A stretch of 64,000 nt of DNA from Octopus bimaculoides (taxonomy: Eukaryota): assembly GCF_001194135.2 (NCBI RefSeq), contig NC_068981.1:47504739-47568738 (forward strand), given 5' to 3'. A program made the translations under genes and the position numbers. Below the pieces are notes generated by a model. That model worked only from the letters and a program-made list of their open reading frames with translations, made no database searches and was not told the origin of the DNA. Positions 53,053 to 64,000 of this stretch are shown here, piece by piece; the stretch's first letter is position 1, and each line of letters starts with the position of its first letter.

Positions 53053-53728
53053 NNNNNNNNNNNNNNNNNNNNNNNNNNNNNNNNNNNNNNNNNNNNNNNN
53101 NNNNNNNNNNNNNNNNNNNNNNNNNNNNNNNNNNNNNNNNNNNNNNNNNNNNNNNNNNNNNNNNNNNNNNNNNNNNNNNNNNNNNNNNNNNNNNNNNNNN
53201 NNNNNNNNNNNNNNNNNNNNNNNNNNNNNNNNNNNNNNNNNNNNNNNNNNNNNNNNNNNNNNNNNNNNNNNNNNNNNNNNNNNNNNNNNNNNNNNNNNNN
53301 NNNNNNNNNNNNNNNNNNNNNNNNNNNNNNNNNNNNNNNNNNNNNNNNNNNNNNNNNNNNNNNNNNNNNNNNNNNNNNNNNNNNNNNNNNNNNNNNNNNN
53401 NNNNNNNNNNNNNNNNNNNNNNNNNNNNNNNNNNNNNNNNNNNNNNNNNNNNNNNNNNNNNNNNNNNNNNNNNNNNNNNNNNNNNNNNNNNNNNNNNNNN
53501 NNNNNNNNNNNNNNNNNNNNNNNNNNNNNNNNNNNNNNNNNNNNNNNNNNNNNNNNNNNNNNNNNNNNNNNNNNNNNNNNNNNNNNNNNNNNNNNNNNNN
53601 NNNNNNNNNNNNNNNNNNNNNNNNNNNNNNNNNNNNNNNNNNNNNNNNNNNNNNNNNNNNNNNNNNNNNNNNNNNNNNNNNNNNNNNNNNNNNNNNNNNN
53701 NNNNNNNNNNNNNATATATATATATATA

Positions 53729-53828
<100 letters not shown>

Positions 53829-56800
53829 CCTTATACGAGTTGGATAATGGCATACAGTTTGCAGTAAATGATTGCTTTCAGTAAAAATCAGCAAATGCTA
53901 AAATAATATAATGTATACATTTACATAGCTGTTCTTACTTGTTTACATTCCGTTAAATATTATACGAACTTGGACTAATGGTTAGCCTTCCTATGTGAAG
54001 CTGATTGAATAGACCGTAGTCTCCTTCCTTCTAATTGTCATATTATGTTTAATAGGAAAGTTCTCACACTACTTTTAATCGCATTCACAAACTTATATGT
54101 AACACAGGGTAATAATAATAAAATGAAATGAGTATTGAAATGTAATATTTGCAGCAAATTGGCAAAATTTAAAACACAGGTGTGATATTTTCCCACAGAA
54201 ATGAGTGCATCAAGGTTGGATAACTGAAATCACTTCCGTTAATAACTATGATTCAAAAGATTTACAGCATTTCTTAATTTCGACAGTAAGGTATTCTATT
54301 GGTATCTCGAAAGAATTAATTACTGTATTTAATTGTCACTTTAAAGTATATTTCAGTAGCTGCGTAGTCCAGAGTGTTTTCTAAATTTGACGGGACCTGT
54401 AACTGTTTTAAATATGGTCTTACATTTTACTATTCCGTTAACTAAAGAATAAATTGCTGATATCTTTTAAGTGAAAGATTACAATGGCTCGGCTGTGCAT
54501 AAATCATAAATCAGCGCTTAAATATTACAGGCTACTGTATGAACATATATAACCACCTATATTATTGCTGTTATTATAATCAATTATTTATATTCACCAC
54601 AGATAATAATAACAACAATGATATCTTTATGAAAGTTCACATTTGAGCATTCACTATTTTTTATTAATATATTTACACTGAGGCCGTTCTGTTTTTGTTG
54701 GAATACAAATCAGAACGCTGGCAATCTTCAACGTAATGAGTTTGAATTTTGTTCCCTCAGTAAGTGTTACTGAGGATTGTTGAGGCTCGACGGCCAGAAC
54801 TTTAGATCATGTTACAAGAATATCCAAGTGCCATTAATGTGATGGCATGTTTTGATTCGTTACCCGTTTGCTCGATTACTGTTGTTTTGTCATATTTTCA
54901 CCTCTATCCGTGGTTATATTTGAGTTTTAACTTCTATTTCTAACAGGTTTGTCGCTTAGTACGCCCATATTTTGAATACTGATTTTAATTCTATAGCTAT
55001 TTAACGCTGTTCATTACCTGTAATCACCTATATTATTACTCTTATTATCAATTATTTATATTCACCATGATATTACAAATCATATATTTATCAGTGTTCC
55101 CATTGGGGTATCAACTCTTTATATATATNNNNNNNNNNNNNNNNNNNNNNNNNNNNNNNNNNNNNNNNNNNNNNNNNNNNNNNNNNNNNNNNNNNNNTAT
55201 ATATATATATATATCAAATATATAAACAGAAAATCATGAAAATATGTCCGAGATTTTAAATGTATTTCGGTATGTAGTCTAAAAGCCAGTGTAAGTGTTT
55301 GCCTGTGAAATAAGTCTTGATTTATGTATGCAAATCCTGATTTTTCCCTCACTACAGCACAGTGATGATAAGAAATGTGTTCTTTGTGAATATATAGAGT
55401 GGCTAATGTTGAATGTATTGAGTCCAAATATCAGTATTATAACGTTCGAATATATTGTGAAGTAGCTGACCGCCCTAATGTACTTACTAGGTGAATTTAG
55501 ATTTTAAGGGTGATCGAATCCACTTTTCATCTATTTGCAAGTATTTATGTTAAGCCTAACGATAATAATTCAATTTTTGTTCTCAAAAATTCCAGAGTCA
55601 GGTGCAGCATCTTCAAAATGAAATGCATTTTATGCACAACCATACATTAAATGTTAATGAAACGTAAATCAACAAATCTGTTTTTATCAACTTATATTTG
55701 AGCCACATCCAATTAGCAAACCTCCATAATTATTATCTAATATACTTTCCCTTAAAAATAGTCATGACGAACTGTGGATTACTGTAATAATACGCAAGAT
55801 GTAAGGTGATTTTTAAGTAAAAATCAACGATAAAAAAGCAAAAATGTGTTAAAATGAGACAGGAGATACAAAAATTATGTACTTCACCGGTACACATATC
55901 ATTCTAAATGCTGCGCCTAATATAACTTTACATTTCTAAACACCAGTGAATACACCATCATTTTCACAGGTGGAATCATTTATAAATACTAGTACACAGA
56001 AAAATAGTATTTGAACCGGCGACAAATAGTATAATTCCATGCTTCAATATAATTAACACTCATAAATATGAGTGTTAATTATATTGTAGCATGAAATTAT
56101 ACTAGACAGAGTTAAGACATAGTATAGGCTCTGTAGGCTGTAAAGTCCTAAATATTTGTGCTTATTGTACATTATGTTAGCACGATGATGGAGTTTCGTA
56201 TTCAGGAATATTATCTGTCCTTTACTGCTACAACTAAGTCTTATTTTAAAATTTGTATGGCCTGCAAACATTTCTCGGAGGAAGTCAATGTCGCTCTAGT
56301 AAGAATATATGAAAATGAATAAATTTCCTAATTCAGCATCATGATGTTTTTTTTATTCTCACCCAGCGAATCACAACTGATAGCTGAAATAATGTTACTG
56401 TTCTGTTTCATACTTCCGTGAGAGTGGAATACCACATCTATTAAGTTTGCTGTTCATTACGGTGTCTAGAAATAGCTCTCAAAATAATTTCATTGCGAAG
56501 GAAGAAAGTGGCATTGAAAAGCCAAGAAATGATAGCATATGTACAGTAACACTCTTTTTCACTTTACGTAAGACCATGTTGAGAAATATATCTCGTAATG
56601 TGAGAGAATTTTGTATAAAATTAAATTGATGATGTAGAACGTTTAGAAACCATGATTATAAGTGAGATGGTGTTGTTAACAATGATATTATGAATACTGC
56701 TGTAATATTGTCATACTTCTTGGTTAAAATCATTTTATTTGTGTCTATATAGTGTAAGTGCAATTTAGAACAGGACACCACATAACGTATGCTAGCAGAT

Positions 56801-58012
56801 TGGCTAGCAAACTAAACTGGTAATTTGTTATACTGATAACATTATTGAATATAAAATTATTTCGTCTATTGTATGTAATGCATAACAAAGGTGGTGATGG
56901 CTGGTGTTGGGTTTGTGTATCGGAGGTATTTTATATTAATAAAATTATATGGAATATTATTAATGAGTGAAGTGAATAGAACGTAAAATACCAGGACCTT
57001 AATATAAATCGAGGTTACATACTAACTATGCTTAACTTTACACTAAATTATATGTACACTTAATAAACTTTATAACGAAGATAAATGCTATTGAATAATT
57101 TCCTGTCTTACGTAATGATTAATCTACCTCACCTTAGTAACAGACACTGTATTCTACTATGTTCGAATATTATATTCTACTATTTGTAAGAATAATTACT
57201 GCCCATTAATGCAGGCATCCTAATTTAAGCCGTTTATATATGTTAGCTAATTCCCTACCTTTGTTTACCATGATTCACACTTTATTTTATTAAACCATAT
57301 GAGGATCGTCTACTACTTAGATCAATACAATTGAATAATTCCCAGCCTTATTAACCATAATTTATTTTCAACTTAGTAATAAATAAAGTATTAGACCCGT
57401 TTGAAAACTTTTGCAATCTGTAAAAATACTTAATTTTCGCAGACGCCAGCAACTTAAATGTAAATATTTCCTATACAGCAATTACACCTAGCGTTACTCT
57501 TAATTATTAAACTTTCACAAATGAACTTTTACCCAAGTTCAATAGAAATGAATAAATCTCTGCTGCGGTTAGCCATACTTTCGTTTCATCTTAGTTACAG
57601 AAAATGTATTAAACCATATTTAGATATTCAGTTGTTGGTAAGTTACATTTCACCCACTGATCTATAGCATTCATATGTATTATATTTCACGCCTGGTATA
57701 TATTGCACATATTCAAATTACTGCTTTATAAAGAGCAAATGATTCTGTAATTCTACACATGGAAAACACTGTATTCCTTTTTGTTTCCACCTTAGACATT
57801 ATTTTCCTTTTATTCTTGTGCATGATTCATGAACTGTACACTTACAGTCCAGTCGTTCAGATTCAATGTAATTGAAGCGTTTACTTCATAACGATATGGA
57901 CAGACAATAAATTTCACAATGAGCCTGTATTCATATCTGTTATATTAAGATATTTATAATTATTTATTTGAATGCATGTACATGTCTATGCGCGTATATA
58001 TGTTTATACTCC

Positions 58013-58058
<46 letters not shown>

Positions 58059-59565
58059 ATGTATTGTACTACACTGAAATTCTAATTACATGATGATGGC
58101 ATCGAAACAGGCGTAATCTTAAGAATGACCAGTGGCGAAATAAATTCATTCTCCACTCATACTTCCTCACTACATTTAGTTTTCATATATGTGAGTGTGT
58201 GTGCTTATATGTGTGTATGTATGTATATATATACATATATAAATATGCTTATATGAGTGTGTATGTGCGTTCGTATATGTGTCTGTGTGTGGTCTGGTAT
58301 GTGTAAAGAGAAGTATAACAGCCAAAAATAATCGCGAGGGAAATGAGAGTTTGAGGTGATAATGAGAGGATAGCAAGATTTATGCATATTATATCACGGG
58401 AGAGACGGTATTTATCATTTTTGCAAATCGTTTTTCGTACACTAGATATATTATATATAGTATACGTAATACTTACATGATGACAACGAAACTGGCTGTT
58501 CTTTATCGTAAAATATGTAGATCAAAGTGCAAGATATTAATTTTTACCGACTAATTTCTAGTAAAACGAAAAAAATGTGAATTTATATATTCATTTCACG
58601 AGAAATCAAATGAAATAATTTATTAGAAACTTAAATTTCCTCAACCTTTTTAAAATTCAGCATAATACCAAATGGTACCAGACGTAAAATCTCCAGCTAC
58701 GAAATGAGTCAAATTTCTTTCAAAATTATTCAAGCTTTCATTAACCTAGACATGAATATTTCATGTTTATCTCTTAAAACAAAATATATTCACTTCCTAA
58801 ATAGTGTATTATTTTATAGACACTAACACGCCTAGATAGAGGAAGATGACCACGTACATACAACCACATACATAAACAAGCAGACAAATATATAAATACA
58901 TAACAATATGTGAGCATATATGTACATATATACAATTTATAAATATACCTACCTATGTATAACATATACATAGATATAAAATTATAGATGCACACGGCCA
59001 TGTAAATTCACATCTCTATATACTCCCATTCTTTCTCACATATGTTTCCGTGTGTGGGGGATGTGTTTGTGAGGGAGTTAACGTGTGTATGTATAAATGT
59101 ATCATGTTTGCGTGTACACAGACACACAAAGACGCAGTAAATACACACACACACTCACATATGTATGTGTGTATATATATGTATGCATATATATATATAT
59201 ACGTTCATACTGGAAAACATAATTGTGTCTATTTAAGTAAAATAACTAGTTACTTCATAATTATATACTTCACGGTGCATTTACATTATCATTTCGTTGA
59301 AATCGGAGACATATTCAAGTAAGGGGTGTTGAATTCGAAATCGATGATGTGTTATAAATGTAAATGTAAAGTGATGCGGTGGAGCATATAAATGAAAGAA
59401 AATGTTCCTCCGTCGGTGGCGGCGGTAAATATTCATTCCTTTATAAAACTAAATTTCCTGCTCAATCAATTAGCCTGGAAATATATCATTATGCAAATGA
59501 ATATTTAATGTTGTTTTCATACTGAGTCTTAATCATTGCGGCAGCATTTTTGACAATATGATACA

Positions 59566-59805
59566 GGCATATTGCGTAGTGGTTAAGAGCGCGGGCTACT
59601 AACCCCAAGATTCCGAGTTCGATTCCAAGCAGTGACTTGAACAACAATAATAATAACAAGGACAACAGCATCGAAAAATAGATTTTAAATGAGAATCCTG
59701 GTTCAAAATTTCCCCAAGACACTTGATAAAGGCTGGAGGTTATTTAACAACAAACAAGATGAGGACAAATATCCGTAAATGTAAATAATGTAAATAATGT
59801 AAATC
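59566..59805 (+). mobile_element. SINE family 2, complete head, deletion in the hammerhead-like segment
   Basis: ggcatattgcgtagtggttaagagcgcgggctactaaccccaagattccgagttcgattcc, short (AAT/AAC)n, ccccaagacacttgataaaggctggagg[del]ttaacaacaaacaagatgagg, and tail (aatgtaaat)x3. Confidence 0.85.
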
Positions 59806-60189
59806 AGAAGCATTTCTAAACAGCTTCTGTACATACAATACATTCAGTATGCTTGGTTCGACGCAAACGTATGCTATATAACACTTGGCCAATGCTTCCT
59901 TTAAAAGAATTGAATGTAGGTCCTCAGGGATGTGGAAAATGCTTCATACATCATCTAGCAAAGATTTAGCCATATTGCAAACTGTTCCGAAATACAAAAA
60001 TATGTCTGTTGGGGTATAGCAACACAAATGAATATCAAACCAAGGAAACAAAAAAAAAAAAATTAAAAATAAAATTAAATCTAAAAAAGCAGATACACAC
60101 TCATATACACACATATACAGATATAACTTACAGATACAACTATACAATTACATATATGTATGTACACACACGCATATACACACATATGT

Positions 60190-61560
60190 CTGCCAGTGAA
60201 TGTATGCAAGTTTAAACATAAATTCGCCCTATTGGGCGGCTTTTAAGCTAGCTCCTGTGGAGGCCACTTCATTGGGTTTGGAGCCCAAGACTTACACTTC
60301 GTGCATAGTTTGAGTGTGATAGGAGTAGTACGGGTGTGACATCTTCTCGGATGTACATTGCAACTCCCCCATGACTTCTATCCCTTCTGTCTGTTCGGAG
60401 TACGGCATACTCTGGTATGTTTATCTCCGCATCTGCTATATTAGATGTTAGATGCGTTTCGGTAAGCACCATGCATATTGCTTGATTGCATGTAACTAGG
60501 TCCTTCAAGTATAGAAACTTGTCTTTGCCGCCTGTTCGTAATAGGCCCCGGATATTCAGTAGGAATATGGGTGTGATATCTGTGCAGGGGGTTCTTGGTT
60601 TTAGTGGTGGCCATCCCTGATCCATCGTCTATGGTGGTCTTGGATAATGGTTTGTGTGTTGTTGACACTGTATCCATGTTAGTTTATGTACCATTTTCTG
60701 GACCATGCTTAAAAAGCTTGCTGTTCAGCTGCTGCAGTTCGTACAGCCTCTGCATACAGCCTTTTGTTGGGAGCAGAAGGAATATATGGACTTCTCTCTT
60801 TGTGAGTCCTGTTGGTTCTCGGTGGATTATGGGTATGCAGGTTTAAGCTTTTTGGTCTCCATTTTCTGCGCTCCCGCTTATTTTGTTGTGAGTGGTCATC
60901 TAGCTTGTTTAGCTGGTGGTGTTTGGGATGGATAAATTTGCAGTTTCGCCCTTTTTCCCCGTGCCAACAGGTACCATTTAGGTAGAATTTACAAATAATC
61001 TGTTTCTTTTTCGTTGCATAACTTGCTTGGGCTTGAAGCCTGTTTGTGTTCACCGTCTCCTTGTCTGTTCTCCTGTCTCTGTCGTTTGGTGTGTTGCTGC
61101 GTTGGCTGCGTTCACCATAGCCATTGCAGCCTTCAGCAGTGGCTACAGCACTGGTGGTATTTGCCTTGTTTCGGTCATCCGTTTCGCCCTCCTGAGCCTG
61201 AGCACAGTGTGCAGGGTCTTTCATTGTCCTTTTTAGAGTCTGCGTCTCTCCTAATACTTTCTAGGAGGTCAAGGAGTGGTTTTAAGAGTTCGTAGGAGCG
61301 AATGAGCGCCTGTTTCTTCCGTTCAATTTGAGACATTGATCTGTGGAAATTATACATATCCAAGGTTTCGGCTATGAGGTCATTTGCTGGTGATCCTTTG
61401 GCCAGGTTCCATGCTTGTACAAGAAGGCGAATTTCCTCTAATTGCCAGTTTCGGCGCATATTCTTCTTCTTGTTAGCTTCAATTTGGCGTTGTATAAAGC
61501 TTCGTCTGCTGGTTTCCATGGTGCACGGTATTTGAGAGAGAGATTATCTTAGAGTATAGA
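60190..61560 (-). mobile_element. 5' portion of a CR1/L2-group LINE: ORF1 plus the start of the APE domain, no RT
   Basis: ORFs 61175-61519, 60709-61224 and 60269-60625. The last reads LNIRGL...VLTETHL..IADAEINIPEYAVLRTDRRDRSHGGVAMYIRE (APE N-terminus). Confidence 0.8.
60709..61519 (-). pseudogene. LINE ORF1 with Myb/SANT-like N-terminus and CCCH zinc finger (one frameshift)
   Basis: NWQLEEIRLLVQAW...FHRSMSQIERKKQAL, and CKFYLNGTCWHGEKGRNCKFIHP. Confidence 0.6.
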
Positions 61561-62064
61561 GAAATACTAATAGACAGCAAGAAAAGAGGATAAAGAGGAT
61601 ACTAATAGAAAGGAGGAGAAAGAGGGGAGGGAGAATACGAAGTAGAGAGAATGTACAGGAATAGAGAATGCGTACAGAGTACGAAATAGGGAATTTTGAT
61701 TGATAGATAGATAGAGAGAGAGCGAGGATGTGATAGGAATAGAGATGTATGAGAAATAGAGAGAAGATAACTCAACAAAAAAACAAAACGAAAATGAAAA
61801 GAAAAACAAAAACATATATCACGGAAAAGAGAGAGAGAGGATGAGAAACAGAGAAACTAAGATAGAAAAAGTGAAGGAGAGAAGATGGGATAAGAATAGA
61901 GATTTTTGAGAAAGAGTGTAAAATGAGGTGACTATGAAGGAGGTTCTCCGTATGTAAATAAACTAAACTATTGTGAAAGAAACTATCTCAGGCAATAAAA
62001 GTAAGATGGAAGGGAGAGAAAGAGAGAGAGAGAGATGTGATACGAATAGAGATTTTTGAGAAAG

Positions 62065-62094
62065 AGTGTAAAACGATATATATATACATATATA

Positions 62095-62153
<59 letters not shown>

Positions 62154-62188
62154 ATATATATATATGTGTGTGTGTGTATATATATATA

Positions 62189-62260
<72 letters not shown>
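62065..62260. repeat. Compound (TA)n/(TG)n microsatellite
   Basis: Read directly from the sequence. It is the source of several spurious YI/CV ORFs. Confidence 0.95.
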
Positions 62261-62483
62261 GAGAGAGGTGGAGATGCACATAATGCATACACATGCACCA
62301 CTCACGCAAAGAAACGCGCACACATATATAAGATTAATGTGTCTGTGCAGATGTTATGCAGTCGCTCTAATTTGTAAAATTATATTGTAAGTAGAAGGAG
62401 CAATGTGATGAATAATTTATATATACATTTAATAGTTTAATGGATGTTTAATGTCTGACAATTAGAGAAACTCAGTGCAAGTC

Positions 62484-62554
<71 letters not shown>

Positions 62555-63639
62555 CTATAAATGTTTATGTATGTGTGTGTGTGTGTGTTTGTAAATATAT
62601 CTCTATATGTATATACATGAGTGCATACATAGTACATACATACATACATATATACATACATATATTCTATAAATTGTTCTCATCAATTACATATTTATTT
62701 TTCTTCGTGGATGTGTTCGTGCATTTAGTTTCAAATTTCGTGTTTTGATTTTGTTTTTTTTAAGCAAGTTAAAATAATTTGTGGTAGATTTACAGAATTG
62801 TTAATACTGTAGACAAACTTCTTTGTGGTGTTGAATTACTTATTATTACATTCTCATTAGAAGTAGACAGTGGTTTTTTAATCACTCTTTGCTTTCATTT
62901 TGCATTAGCTAATCTCTTTGGAAACTTGCAAGGTATGATGCACGTGGATACTTCACAATTCTCTGTGTTTTCATAATACTTTGGATTTGCGTTTGAATTT
63001 CGTATGTTTCAAATTTTGTTTACGAGAATTTAACTTCTGTGTAACTAACCACAATTTCACTGCTCCGCTGAACGATTCACAAAATGTAGATGAGAAAAAA
63101 GTCATGAATACATCTCAAATGCCTTAAATAGAAACTTTATGCTATAACGTCTGTATATCCATTAGCACTGTTAAAAATGTGATATATTTGACTTCCTTGT
63201 CGTTTGTGATTGGCCAGGTGCCTTGTGTGCAATTCACATATAATCAATTGTGTTTTTGTATTTTTCCAACAGATATGTATTCTCTATTCTGTTCAATATG
63301 AATCATATCATTAGACCCACCAATCGGGGGGCTAGTATCGTATAATATCATATAGTCTACCATATAATACTAAGATTATAACTATCCATTTAGCTACCAA
63401 TATATTGATTAGTCGACTACAGTAGATAGCAATGTTTTCATCGCCGAACCATCTTCCTTCCGAAAATTCCTCCTTCGTCATCTCACTTGAATTTGATTCA
63501 CACTTTCCTTCACTTAACATTCGCTCCCCTCTCTTCTCTCACTATCTTAATCATATTCACTACTATCCTAAATGTTTAACATCTCTTAATAAACCCAGTA
63601 AAATTGACCCTCATCAAATATTGCTTACTACCACTCCCA

Positions 63640-63980
63640 TTTATCTCACCATCTGGCCGCCTAATATCCCAGACTGCAACCCCTTGTTTATTATGTGTAA
63701 GGTGCATTTGAGCAAGAGAACACCAATACTCTTTGCAACAGCAAGGGTTATGGCAGCGTTCACCAACTTAAACGAAGCTACAGTCCAGAGGAGTTAGAGG
63801 AGATTCCAAAGTTGTGTGGAGGTCGCAGTTGAAGCTAATGGCAATTTTATTGAATAGATTTACTCTTTAGTATTTGAAGATTTTGTTATGTATTTTGGTA
63901 AGTATATCTGTTAAAATGAGATATGAATGTTATTTTCGTTTTTTCATAATTCAGATGACAGTTTATTCAATGCACTTTGT
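63640..63980 (+). mobile_element. Tc1/mariner 3' relic (transposase C-terminus and probable right end)
   Basis: IWPPNIPDCNPL...MAAFTNLNEATVQRS*RRFQSCVEVAVEANGNFIE*, matching the WPP.SPDLNP.D and RFR.RLEAV..A.G..IE motifs. Confidence 0.7.
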
Positions 63981-64000
63981 AGACACACACACACACACAT

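Noticed and set aside
59566-59637. Functional tRNA genes at the SINE heads (also 10378-10450 and 22239)
   Set aside because: The acceptor stem is not preserved, the anticodon differs between copies (ACT vs ACG) and each head is fused to a repeat body.

Overview
This is strongly AT-rich, repeat-saturated eukaryotic DNA with many microsatellites and assembly gaps. The SINE families resemble cephalopod (probably Octopus) repeats, judged from memory and not database-verified. No intact host gene was found, and essentially all recognisable coding sequence belongs to decayed transposable elements. These include three Tx1/L1-clade elements with homologous RRM+CCHC ORF1 (one with APE-RT ORF2), a CR1-like LINE 5' part, several restriction-like-endonuclease (R4/Dong/HERO-type) LINE fragments, a Helitron relic, four Tc1/mariner relics and at least four tRNA-SINE families. 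A ~155-bp satellite array (32.9-43.3 kb) carries two of the Tx1 elements. The most notable observation is a tRNA-Arg-like SINE that carries an internal microsatellite and a Penelope-type minimal hammerhead-ribozyme motif. Also notable are an ORF1-only Tx1 insertion with a 7-bp TSD nested in a SINE that has its own 11-bp TSD, a possible shared Tx1 target motif, a stack of RLE-LINE 3' ends, a ~430-bp inverted repeat and a decayed ~865-bp tandem repeat. All alignments were made by eye and coordinates of decayed elements are approximate.
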